Shown: positions 19,792-28,343, counted from the stretch's first letter. The stretch: DNA of 64,000 nt from Pseudomonadota bacterium (GCA_023402015.1 JAEXCU010000011.1:5275-69274), one strand, 5' to 3'. Program-made: numbers and translations. The notes: generated by a model not told the origin, from the letters alone.

Positions 19792-20586
19792 ATGCATATT
19801 ATGGAAGATAATACAGCAATTTCTTTTGCAAATGTTGGCGCGGAATATGACGGCGCACGCGAAGTTCTGACAGATGTTTCTTTTAACATCAGTGGGGGTG
19901 CATTTTATTTCCTGTCTGGTGCATCGGGGGCGGGTAAAACAACGCTGTTGCGTCTGATATATCAATTGCATCGCCCCAGTCGCGGTCAAATAAAATTATT
20001 CGGTCAGACCACAAATGACATGACGCGTGATGACATTGCGCGCCTGCGTCATAAAATGGCAATTGTTTTTCAGGAATATTCATTGCTGTCCCATTTATCG
20101 GTTTTTGACAATGTTGCATTGCCATTGCGCGTGCGCGGCCTGCCCGAGGCAAAGATAAAAAAACTGGTGGCCAAGGTTTTGGAATGGGTCGGCCTGGGGA
20201 AATATGCCGATGCAAATCCCCGCGCCCTGTCTGGCGGTCAACAGCAGCGCGTATCCGTTGCCCGCGCGATTATTGTCCAGCCGGCAATTTTACTGGCCGA
20301 CGAACCGACGGGTAATTTGGATGATGAAAATGCATCGCGTTTAATGGAATTATTTATTCAGATGAACAAAATGTTCGGCACCACAATTATATTGGCCACG
20401 CACAGTAAAAAATTAATGGATACATATAAATTCCCGGTTATTCATGTTGAAAATCATCGGGTCAGTTTTGTTGGAAATAAAACATCCACACCCGCGGCCG
20501 AAACCAAAAAGGTATGGAAAGGCCCCAAACCGCAAAATTATTTTACAGAATTATCAAAACAGTTTGACGATATTGGAAACGCATAA
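19792..20586 (+). CDS. ftsE: Cell-division ABC ATPase FtsE
   Basis: Walker A GASGAGKTT, LSGGQQQR, ILLADEPTGNLD. Followed by ftsX. The start is ambiguous (TTG 19765, ATG 19792 or 19801). Confidence 0.88.
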   Translation: MHIMEDNTAISFANVGAEYDGAREVLTDVSFNISGGAFYFLSGASGAGKTTLLRLIYQLHRPSRGQIKLFGQTTNDMTRDDIARLRHKMAIVFQEYSLLSHLSVFDNVALPLRVRGLPEAKIKKLVAKVLEWVGLGKYADANPRALSGGQQQRVSVARAIIVQPAILLADEPTGNLDDENASRLMELFIQMNKMFGTTIILATHSKKLMDTYKFPVIHVENHRVSFVGNKTSTPAAETKKVWKGPKPQNYFTELSKQFDDIGNA

Positions 20587-21423
20587 ATGAAAAAACCGAT
20601 TGTATTTTCACTGGTTCGCGATCAGTCAATTTTTATGACGGCAATTATGTCATTGCTGACATTTTTATCTGTGCTGGCATTGGGTATTGCATTATCAATT
20701 GGCACCGGTGTCATGCGTTGGAATGCCCAGTGGGATTTATTCGCAACTGTTCAGGTTATGAACAAAGATAACGCACCGGCCGTTAAAAAAATCTTGAACG
20801 ACAACCGCGACAAAATCGCAACAATAAATGAATTAACGACCGACCAAATGCAGGATTTATTGCGCCCATGGATAACGGGTGGTGGCGCGTTGAAAAATTA
20901 TTTGCCACAAATGTATGAATTAAAATTTAAAACCAAATCCGATTTGGCCAATGTCGCCCAGGAAATTTCCAAACATGCACGTTTCTTGACCCACGCCCAG
21001 GCATTAAAGACATCCACCAACGCGGGATGGAAAATGATTTTGATTTCTGGATTGGTTTTGGCATTAACACTGGGGGCGATTGGTGTATGCATTTCATACA
21101 TTGCACGAAACACCGCATTATTACATCGTCGTGAATTGGAAATATTAAATCAAATTGGCGCAACCGATTCGTTTGTTGCACACCAAATGCAGATTATTGT
21201 CGCCAAAATATGCGCTGTTGCGGGACTGGCGGGATTTGCGGTGGCGGTTCCTGTATTACTGCTGATATTGTCGGCGGCGCATTCCGCGCGCATTGGATTA
21301 ATGGCAATGCTGGGATTATCAGGTGGTGGATGGATTGCATTGGTGCTATTACCGGTTTTGATTATTGTATTTGCAATTTGGATAACACGCCGTACAACAT
21401 TAAACATTCTTAAAAATAACTGA
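20587..21423 (+). CDS. ftsX: FtsX-like permease
   Basis: 278 aa with 4 TM segments and a large periplasmic loop. Starts one nt after the ftsE stop. Confidence 0.8.
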   Translation: MKKPIVFSLVRDQSIFMTAIMSLLTFLSVLALGIALSIGTGVMRWNAQWDLFATVQVMNKDNAPAVKKILNDNRDKIATINELTTDQMQDLLRPWITGGGALKNYLPQMYELKFKTKSDLANVAQEISKHARFLTHAQALKTSTNAGWKMILISGLVLALTLGAIGVCISYIARNTALLHRRELEILNQIGATDSFVAHQMQIIVAKICAVAGLAGFAVAVPVLLLILSAAHSARIGLMAMLGLSGGGWIALVLLPVLIIVFAIWITRRTTLNILKNN

Positions 21424-21932
21424 TGAAATTTTTAACGCCGTCTTTATTAATTCTGTCGTGTTTTGTATTGGGTGGAATGATGTTTAAATCAATGGCCCCA
21501 TCCCGTTGCGCGACAATTTTGCCAGATGACAGCATATTCGTCCTGACGGGTGATGCGCGGCGCATTCCGTTCGCAATGCGATTGCTGCGCAAATATCCAG
21601 ATGCAGATTTATATATTATCGGTGCCGGCGCCCAGGGATCTTTTGATATGGCACGACGCGTTACAATTGAATCCGATTCGAAATCCACATATCAAAATGC
21701 ATTGGCAATCAAAGAAATTGCCCAGCGGGCCGGTCTGGACAGATTGGTGATTATTACGACCGAAGACCACATGAACCGCGCGCGTTATTTGATAAAACAG
21801 GAAATGCCATATGCGGAAATTGTGGCCTGCCCTGCGACACTGGCGGGAATGCCACCTGGAAAAAGACTTGAACGATGGGCCACAGAATATATAAAATACA
21901 TTGCAACAATGTTGGGAATCAAAGAAAGTTAA
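21423..21932 (+). CDS. DUF218/YdcF-ElyC-like protein
   Basis: 169 aa with IFVLTGDARRIPFAMRLL and VIITTEDHMNRARY, typical of the family. TGATG overlap with ftsX. Confidence 0.65.
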   Translation: MKFLTPSLLILSCFVLGGMMFKSMAPSRCATILPDDSIFVLTGDARRIPFAMRLLRKYPDADLYIIGAGAQGSFDMARRVTIESDSKSTYQNALAIKEIAQRAGLDRLVIITTEDHMNRARYLIKQEMPYAEIVACPATLAGMPPGKRLERWATEYIKYIATMLGIKES

Positions 21933-21944
21933 AAGGAAGTCTGA

Positions 21945-22652
21945 ATGTTAAAAACAATTGCTTTTAAAATAATACTGGGATTGTATTTCGTGTTATGGTC
22001 GCCAATTTTATTGGTGGGATTGGTAAATAAAAAATTAACGACATGGTTGGTACGCACATGTGCAAACGGTGTTTTGATGCTGGCACGTGTGGTTGGTGGC
22101 ATTAAATACCAGGTTCATTATCCATGCCCAGAAGAAGACGGCGTTCCAGCGGCACCAAATGAAAACAACCGCCTGGATGGCAAGGCAATTGTTGCCGCAA
22201 AACATATGTCTATTTTGGAAATTGCCGTTCTGTCAAACGTGATTCCAAATTCATTTTTTATTATTAAGCGTGAATTGCTGTGGATTCCAATTTACGGTTG
22301 GGCGTTTTGGCGTATGGGGTTGCAACCTGTTAACCGCGCGCGTGGTGCAACCAATATGCAGAAATTAACAAATGCGGTTGCAAAAAAAATTATGGACGGC
22401 CAGGTTTTAATCATTTTCCCCGAAGGAACCCGTGCAAAACCAGGCCAGCATATTCCATTGCGTCGCGGCCTGTTGTATTTGGCGCACCAATTAAAATTGC
22501 CGATTTTGCCGGTGGGAACTGATGCCGGTCTGTATTGGCCAAAACATGGAAAAATGCGCCGCGGCACCGCGAATGTTTGGTTTGAACCATTGTTGCCATG
22601 CAATGCATCACTGGACGAAATCAGCGGCGCAATCAACCGCCACAGTGCATAA
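21945..22652 (+). CDS. plsC: 1-acyl-sn-glycerol-3-phosphate acyltransferase
   Basis: 235 aa with an HxxxxD-like block (KHMSILE) and FPEGTR. Confidence 0.85.
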   Translation: MLKTIAFKIILGLYFVLWSPILLVGLVNKKLTTWLVRTCANGVLMLARVVGGIKYQVHYPCPEEDGVPAAPNENNRLDGKAIVAAKHMSILEIAVLSNVIPNSFFIIKRELLWIPIYGWAFWRMGLQPVNRARGATNMQKLTNAVAKKIMDGQVLIIFPEGTRAKPGQHIPLRRGLLYLAHQLKLPILPVGTDAGLYWPKHGKMRRGTANVWFEPLLPCNASLDEISGAINRHSA

Positions 22653-22659
22653 GAAATTA

Positions 22660-22684
22660 ATCCCGGGCCACCGGGATTTTTTAT
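22660..22684 (+). terminator. plsC terminator
   Basis: ATCCCGG-GCCA-CCGGGATTTTTT. Confidence 0.7.
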
Positions 22685-22724
22685 TTAATCTTTACACTTT
22701 GTCATTTTTATATTACAGTTTAAT

Positions 22725-22905
22725 TGTTTCGGGGCGTTCCCGGGACGAGGACTTGAAACCTCTCTTATAACGTGGTGCATCGCGATAGTATGCAAACAAT
22801 CTCCGGCCAAATGGGTTGGAGGGTGGTGATATACATGAATAATCCACGCTATTTTATAAGATAGTTTCAAGCCTCCAACCACCTGATTTTTTCGGTGGTT
22901 TTTTC
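22725..22905 (+). ncRNA. Conserved structured leader RNA, copy A (three-way junction 22814-22880 plus terminator 22878-22905) upstream of P4
   Basis: P1 GGUUGGAGG/CCUCCAACC, P2 GUGG/CCAC, P3 GCUAU/AUAGU, then CCACC-N-GGUGG-U6. The ATG of P4 is 27 nt after the T-run. Confidence 0.6.
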
Positions 22906-22932
22906 ATTCGTACGAAAGAAAAGGAGGTTTGA

Positions 22933-23502
22933 ATGAAAAAATTTATGCGTATCTTTTTGCTGGGGCCCGGATTAATCATATCTTATCATGCAATGGCAAT
23001 GTCAGATAACACGATTCAAATCTGTGATACGGGACAATTCCCCGATGATATCGCATGTAAATTATACCTGGCGGGTTATACAATTTCATCCACAATGGCA
23101 TGCAGTATGTGCACAGATATAATGGGTTGTGTTTATGATAAAATTTACAATATGGGCACAACAACATCATCCGCATTACAGGAATGTTATGATAACGAAG
23201 GCTATGACAATGGTGATGTTGCAGCAATATTTAACATCATTGCGGGCGGTGATACCACAAATTTGGATGTTAATTTATCAGGGGGCAATTTTATCGCCGC
23301 ATGCCAAAATTATTCTTTGTGCCAATGTTGGATTGGTACATATGGCGCAAACGGCGAAAATATTGTGTGCAATGATTGCCCACAAAACGGATGGTCCGCC
23401 ACCGGTGCCACATCCATAACCCAATGTTATATGATACCCGGTAATTCCAGTGATACAACAGGCCAATTTACATATACCGCAAATTGTTTTTATACAAATT
23501 AA
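22933..23502 (+). CDS. Small secreted Cys-rich protein (P4)
   Basis: 189 aa with RBS AAGGAGG and signal MKKFMRIFLLGPGLIISYHAMA. N-domain has CxxCx5C...Cx5C. C-terminus CNDCPQNGWSATGATSITQCYMIPGNSSDTTGQFTYTANCFYTN. Confidence 0.82.
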   Translation: MKKFMRIFLLGPGLIISYHAMAMSDNTIQICDTGQFPDDIACKLYLAGYTISSTMACSMCTDIMGCVYDKIYNMGTTTSSALQECYDNEGYDNGDVAAIFNIIAGGDTTNLDVNLSGGNFIAACQNYSLCQCWIGTYGANGENIVCNDCPQNGWSATGATSITQCYMIPGNSSDTTGQFTYTANCFYTN

Positions 23503-23553
23503 ATTATCGCCCCAAATCAGAAATTGGGGCGCGCGATATATTACAGAATAACG

Positions 23554-23793
23554 TTATACGTTATTGGGTTGATTAAACAGACGAACAAATTCTTCGGGAC
23601 TGGTGCTAGTTGTTATTAATATTTTGGATATTAATTTCGTAGAAGGCCAACGTGGTTTGCCGTAAACTGTCCACCGTTTACTTTTGTTAAACGTGGTCGG
23701 ATCCAAACCGCAATAAATCGCCAATCTGGAACAAGACATTTTATTTCGGGTTGCAATCATATCAATGGCATGCCATATTTCTGCATGAGTCAT
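23554..23793 (-). CDS. Small HTH DNA-binding protein (Cro/CI-like, repressor N-domain only)
   Basis: Start MTHAEIWHAIDMIA at 23793 with RBS GGGGGAGAG. LAIYCGLDPTTFNKSKR...GKPRWPSTKLISKIL resembles the N-terminal HTH of alphaproteobacterial S24/LexA-like repressors. Confidence 0.65.
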   Translation of the reverse strand: MTHAEIWHAIDMIATRNKMSCSRLAIYCGLDPTTFNKSKRWTVYGKPRWPSTKLISKILITTSTSPEEFVRLFNQPNNV

Positions 23794-23929
23794 TTTCTCT
23801 CCCCCTTTTTTAATACAGGAATAAGTTGTAATTTTGATTGATAAAACAAATGTATTCAATGGTTAATTCTTTGTAAAAATTCCTATTATTGGTTAAAAGA
23901 AAAAATGATTGTTGACTTACCGGGTGTAA

Positions 23930-24100
23930 AACCGTAAAATTTATATGATTTATACCAGAAAACCATGGAATTTTGATTAAATTCCCGGTGAATAATGTGC
24001 CTAATGCAAACCTCCGTTTATAATAGGTTTTATCGCCTGTAAAAAAGTCCTGGATTTCTGCATTTTTTTCTCCTCTTTTTTCGCCGAATCCAAACGGAGG
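23930..24100 (+). promoter_or_regulatory. P5 leader with an anti-SD/SD pairing
   Basis: CCTCCGTTT (24011-24019) is the exact reverse complement of AAACGGAGG (24092-24100), which contains the only strong SD before the P5 ORF. Confidence 0.5.
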
Positions 24101-24176
24101 ATTACTTTCTTCTTTTATTTTAATCGTATCGTTAACGTCAACATGCATTTTCCGACCTGCATTTGGATATGGATAC

Positions 24177-24713
24177 ATGTGTCAAATGGATGCAGATTGC
24201 GCAGCCGGCCAAAAATGCTGTAATGGTTTATGCTATCAAGAAGATTACGAAGGCGATTGTCCCAGTGGTGGTGGCGGTGGCGGCGGCAGTTGCGGCAGCA
24301 GCGGTTGTTATTGCGTAAATTCCAATTCATGTTGGGACGGGTATTATTGTAAACTTAATTCCGGTGGTACATCAGGCACATGCCAACCAATTCCCGATTG
24401 TTCCCAGGGTTGCACAAATTGCGATACAACCACCTGGACATCATACAGCACCGGATATCAATCACGCGTTTATGCCACATGTGATTGCACAACATGCAGC
24501 AAAAGAACACAATATCGTTGCGCGGCGGGTTATTATGGCACCCCCAGCACCGGAACCAGCGGTTGTACCAAATGCCCGTCATCCGGTACATCACGCGAAA
24601 CGTGTACCGCGGGCAGCACATCTGCAACATCATGTTATTTACCGGCCAGTGTATTTATCAGCGATGCGGCAGGTAAATATCAATTTACAACGAATTGTTT
24701 TTACACAAATTAA
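24177..24713 (+). CDS. Cys-rich protein (P5) with uncertain start (possibly N-terminally truncated or a pseudogene)
   Basis: C-terminus CTKCPSSGTSRETC...SCYLPASVFISDAAGKYQFTTNCFYTN. The frame is open upstream to 24027 and encodes a signal-like LLSSFILIVSLTSTCIFRPAFG after GGAGG, but has no ATG/GTG/TTG before 24177. Confidence 0.6.
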   Translation: MCQMDADCAAGQKCCNGLCYQEDYEGDCPSGGGGGGGSCGSSGCYCVNSNSCWDGYYCKLNSGGTSGTCQPIPDCSQGCTNCDTTTWTSYSTGYQSRVYATCDCTTCSKRTQYRCAAGYYGTPSTGTSGCTKCPSSGTSRETCTAGSTSATSCYLPASVFISDAAGKYQFTTNCFYTN

Positions 24714-24716
24714 CCA

Positions 24717-24741
24717 AAATCCCACGCTGGTGGGATTTTTA
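24717..24741 (+). terminator. P5 terminator
   Basis: ATCCCAC-GCTG-GTGGGATTTTT. Confidence 0.65.
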
Positions 24742-25149
24742 TTCACACCACCCTGCCCGGCGGCCGCCATTATATGGGCGGCCCAATTTTTCATTTATTA
24801 AGACAATCCCAACATCACGACCATTGGGCATGATAACGTTTGCATCAATTCTGCCCAGATATTTATCATCTTTGATATTTGCCAGTTCAACGCGACTGCC
24901 AATCGGAATTAATTCACCCAATCTGTCCCGCGCACGTTTTGCGGCGACAATTTCCGCCGCGCATTCACCATGAATTTCAGGTGTATCAATATTTATCAAA
25001 CGAACACGCACGGGAATACTGATGTCATCATCCACATGTGCAAAACCTGCAAAAGTATCACCATCAAAAATATATTCCACCGTCGCCGGCATGGCATATG
25101 AATTCATGCAGTAAAACAACATAAAAATACTAAATATTATTTTCTTCAT
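24739..25149 (-). CDS. Secreted thermonuclease (staphylococcal-nuclease-like)
   Basis: 136 aa with signal ...MNSYA. DGDTF, VRLINIDTPE, DKYLGRIDANV and GRPYNGG match SNase-fold motifs. Confidence 0.8.
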   Translation of the reverse strand: MKKIIFSIFMLFYCMNSYAMPATVEYIFDGDTFAGFAHVDDDISIPVRVRLINIDTPEIHGECAAEIVAAKRARDRLGELIPIGSRVELANIKDDKYLGRIDANVIMPNGRDVGIVLINEKLGRPYNGGRRAGWCE

Positions 25150-25186
25150 ATAATCATCTTAATAATTAAATAAAATAATTAAAAGT

Positions 25187-25207
25187 AAAACCGCCATTGG
25201 CGGTTTT
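25187..25207 (-). terminator. tolB terminator
   Basis: AAAACCGCC-ATT-GGCGGTTTT. Confidence 0.65.
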
Positions 25208-25214
25208 ACAGTCA

Positions 25215-26534
25215 TTAGGGTAATTTCGGGGACCAGGTGGGTTCCACACCATTAACATCATCAGGCAATTCAATGTCATATACATTTTGACCGGTAATAT
25301 CAACACTGCGGATATGACTGATGCGTTCTATGCCGTCCAATGCACGTTCTGTTTCATAATAAACAACGCGGCGACTGCCCGGGGCCCAGGACGGGGCCTC
25401 CATATACCAACCACCGGCCAATATTTTTTCATTGCGACCGCGTGGATCCATAATGCCGATATAAAACGTATTATCGGCCATTTTGGTAAATGCGATAAAC
25501 TGGCCATCGGGCGACCACGCCGGCGTGGCATAACGACCCGCCCCGTATGTCAGGCGATTTTCCACGCCCGTTTCCAAATCCAAAACGTGAATTTGTTGAT
25601 TACCGGAACGGTCTGAATTAAACGCCATTTTTTTACCGTCCGGGGAATAAGACGGACTGGTATTTAATGAATTGCCAAATGTTAATTGACGCAGCGCTTT
25701 GGATTCAATGTCATATTCATAAATATGTGTGATTCCATTTTTAACCAAAGATAACGCAATCTTGGTTCCGTCGGGTGAAAAACGCGGTGCAAAGTTCATC
25801 CCGCCAAATTGCCCCAGGCGTCGTTGTTCACCGGTATCTAAATCCAATGTCCAGACCATTGGATCGTCATCGCGGAACGATAAAAATACAACTGTCTGCA
25901 TGTTGGGTGAAAAATGCGGCGACATAACAAAAGTTTTTTTATCAGACAAATAACGCATACCATGACCGTCTTGGTCCATTATCGCCATTCTTTTTACACG
26001 ATTATGTACCGGGCCGGTTTCGGCGATAAATACAATTTGCGTATCAAAATATCCGATTTCACCGGTCAGGCGTTCATAAATTGCGTCCGCCATAATATGG
26101 GCCAAACGCCGCGCAGATTTCCGGGAAGATACCAGTGATTGCGCCTCTATCTGTTCTTTGCCATTAATATCCCAGACATAGAATTCCAATTTATACTTGC
26201 CACCGGCCTGAGCAGATAATTCGGCCTGGACCAATACCTGGGCCTTGATTGCCATCCATGATTGAAAGTTCGGTAATTCACCCATTTTTACATACTCAGG
26301 AAATGCATCATGCGAAACAATGCGAAACAATCCGGTGGATTTTAAATCTGATTCAACCACGCCACGTATCATCGCGGCATCTTTGGTGGAAACATCACCT
26401 TTGACCTGAAACTTTTGCACGGCAACCGGAATGGGTTCCGTCGCCCCGGCAATAATATCCACCTTTAATTCACCGCGCGCTGGAATAATTACCAGGGTGC
26501 ACAATACCAGAAAAGACATTAATTTTTTCAACAT
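25215..26534 (-). CDS. tolB: Tol-Pal system periplasmic protein TolB
   Basis: 439 aa with a signal, an N-terminal TolB domain, and repeated P.[WF]SPDG beta-propeller blades. Confidence 0.92.
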   Translation of the reverse strand: MLKKLMSFLVLCTLVIIPARGELKVDIIAGATEPIPVAVQKFQVKGDVSTKDAAMIRGVVESDLKSTGLFRIVSHDAFPEYVKMGELPNFQSWMAIKAQVLVQAELSAQAGGKYKLEFYVWDINGKEQIEAQSLVSSRKSARRLAHIMADAIYERLTGEIGYFDTQIVFIAETGPVHNRVKRMAIMDQDGHGMRYLSDKKTFVMSPHFSPNMQTVVFLSFRDDDPMVWTLDLDTGEQRRLGQFGGMNFAPRFSPDGTKIALSLVKNGITHIYEYDIESKALRQLTFGNSLNTSPSYSPDGKKMAFNSDRSGNQQIHVLDLETGVENRLTYGAGRYATPAWSPDGQFIAFTKMADNTFYIGIMDPRGRNEKILAGGWYMEAPSWAPGSRRVVYYETERALDGIERISHIRSVDITGQNVYDIELPDDVNGVEPTWSPKLP

Positions 26535-26737
26535 ACGGGTTTCCTTTCCATAAAAACAATCATTCGTAATTTTATATACATATTATTAAAAAAGCAAGGC
26601 CGCCCACCAACCATTTTAATCCCAACGGTCCTGGGATTTTATCACCCACACATCAAAATTAATCGCATTTTTACAACAATACACCTGCCCACACGAACGA
26701 CATTACACACGTGATTACAGACGCAATTACAAATGTA

Positions 26738-26765
26738 TTGACATACGCCAATACAATGTTATAGT
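26738..26765 (+). promoter_or_regulatory. Candidate sigma70-type promoter
   Basis: TTGACA-16 nt-TATAGT, about 45 nt before the ATG at 26811. Confidence 0.5.
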
Positions 26766-26810
26766 CATCTGTAAAGACGTCAGTATTGTGGTTTGTATAG
26801 GAGATTGTGT

Positions 26811-27035
26811 ATGCCAAACGTTATGCAGCAATTGTTCATTATGAACATAGAATCATTGCTGAAAGAATATGCGGCCTATCGCACTTTTAATAAATCAGAT
26901 TGCGTTATAAACATGCGCATTCCGCGTCCAATTTTGGACCGGATTAAGCAATTGGCTGAACAACAACACGTTCCATATCAGTCATTAATATCGTCGGTAT
27001 TATTTTCCCTGGCGAACATAGAAGACGGAAAATAA
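26811..27035 (+). CDS. BrnA-like (CopG/RHH-type) antitoxin-like protein without an adjacent toxin
   Basis: 74 aa with RBS AGGAG. INMRIPRPILDRIKQLAEQQHVPYQSLISSVL matches the BrnA-type signature (...PYQ.LI...L). Confidence 0.55.
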   Translation: MPNVMQQLFIMNIESLLKEYAAYRTFNKSDCVINMRIPRPILDRIKQLAEQQHVPYQSLISSVLFSLANIEDGK

Positions 27036-27189
27036 CCCCCGCATTTCTTTTTCATTTTTTCGCTCTTTATTGCTGCTGCACGCGGTTGCCGAAACAATAA
27101 AAAATTTTATTTAATAAATTTATATTTAATTTCGTCGTCCCTATTTCCGTCTGGACCACCCACGTAAATTTCATTTGCGCGGGGCCCGG

Positions 27190-27445
27190 ACGCAGGAATG
27201 ACAAATTGGGGGAACGTAGTAAAGACAAATGAAAGTATGCGGGAATGACAAAATCAGCAATTCACGTATCACTATCTCATTGCAACGAAGTACAGTTTAT
27301 TCACCATTGTCATTGCCAGGACCAATGCCATTTTCCCCTTTGTCATTGCCAGGACCAACGGGACGAAGCAATCCAGTTTATTAATGAACTTTGCTACCTT
27401 ATATAATGATTACCGCGGTCGTTTCACTCCCTCGCAATGACAAAA
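27190..27445. repeat. Cluster of short palindromic repeat fragments (GTCATTGC...GCAATCC family)
   Basis: TTGTCATTGCCAGGACCAA occurs twice (27308-27326, 27340-27358). ACGAAGCAATCCAG is at 27363-27376. CCGCGGTCGTTTCACTCCCTCGCAATGACA (27413-27442) is the exact reverse complement of 30137-30166. Confidence 0.7.
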
Positions 27446-27460
27446 GCGAATAAAACAAAA

Positions 27461-27491
27461 AACGGGGCGCCATATTGGCGTCCCGTTTTTT
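27461..27491. terminator. Bidirectional terminator hairpin
   Basis: AACGGGGCGCC-ATAT-TGGCGTCCCGTTTTTT, with A-rich 5' and T-rich 3' flanks. Confidence 0.65.
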
Positions 27492-27508
27492 GTTTTTATT
27501 ATTGACTA

Positions 27509-27865
27509 TTACCAGTTCATGATAATCTGGCTGCAACCGATTGCATTCATACCGGTTGAGCTTAAGAAGAACTGCAAAACAACCCCGATACCAAACAGCA
27601 ATACAAACCCAACCAGCATACCGGTACCCTTGTCTTTCAGGTCATCTTTTTTAACATCACCCTTGGAAATATATCCCCATGCCCATCCGGCAATTGTAAA
27701 CGCCGCACCAACGAATGCCAGTGTACGCAGAATTTGGAACACGCCATGCATTTGCTGTATCAATGCGCACAGACCACTGTTGTTAACGCCCGGGGCCGCA
27801 AACGCCGCCGTGGAAACCATAACGCCAATCAGCGCCATATTTATTTTTTTTGCCAATTTTTTCAT
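27509..27865 (-). CDS. VirB2/TrbC-like type IV secretion pilin candidate
   Basis: 118 aa with a long signal ending AAFA/AP, then two hydrophobic helices (ILRTLAFVGAAFTIAGWAWGYI; GMLVGFVLLFGIGVVLQFFL) separated by a charged loop. The architecture is typical of VirB2/TrbC. No other T4SS gene is adjacent. Confidence 0.4.
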   Translation of the reverse strand: MKKLAKKINMALIGVMVSTAAFAAPGVNNSGLCALIQQMHGVFQILRTLAFVGAAFTIAGWAWGYISKGDVKKDDLKDKGTGMLVGFVLLFGIGVVLQFFLSSTGMNAIGCSQIIMNW

Positions 27866-27939
27866 ATAAAACCCCTTTCCTTTTCTGTAATTTTATCATA
27901 AATTTTGCCACCATTCAAGCATCATAAACGTCATAAAAA

Positions 27940-27963
27940 ATCGCCGCCAAATTTGGCGACGAT
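27940..27963 (-). terminator. Terminator after the lipoprotein gene
   Basis: Minus strand reads ATCGTCGCC-AAATTT-GGCGGCGATTTTTT. Confidence 0.65.
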
Positions 27964-27986
27964 TTCAGTAATGCGCATTTGTTCAC

Positions 27987-28343
27987 TTAGATTGCCGGAA
28001 CAATAATATATCTGCGTTTCAAAACCGGCTGGTTGCATGCTTGGCATGGGCATGTTGGTGCAACATCGGCCGCCTGGGTCAGAACTTTGCGTGCCGGTTG
28101 CGGAATTAAACCTTCGTTGTCGCGGTTGAATAAATCGGCACAACGTGTATTGCGGTAAACAACTTTTTTGTTTGCGTCCATTCCGGAAATATCGCGGGAA
28201 TAATTACGGCCATATTCGCCGGCATAATAAATGCAGTCTTCGCCGTCTTGGGTGTATCTGACACCGCCCTTGTAATAATCATAATAACCACCACATCCGG
28301 CCAATGCCGTCAGGGCCAAAACAGAAACAAACATTTTCTTCAT
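27987..28343 (-). CDS. Small lipoprotein, Cys-containing, unknown function
   Basis: 118 aa with lipobox LALTALAGC. Confidence 0.65.
   Translation of the reverse strand: MKKMFVSVLALTALAGCGGYYDYYKGGVRYTQDGEDCIYYAGEYGRNYSRDISGMDANKKVVYRNTRCADLFNRDNEGLIPQPARKVLTQAADVAPTCPCQACNQPVLKRRYIIVPAI

Noticed and set aside
22725-22905. Assigning the leader RNA to a known riboswitch class (I considered c-di-AMP ydaO, ZTP and guanidine-III because of GGGGUG / CCGGGACGAGG-like strings) or to a hammerhead-type ribozyme.
   Set aside because: Only short string resemblances exist. The conserved cores of those classes as I remember them (e.g. CUGAUGA/GAAA for hammerhead) are absent. This cannot be decided without Infernal/Rfam, so it is left as unclassified.
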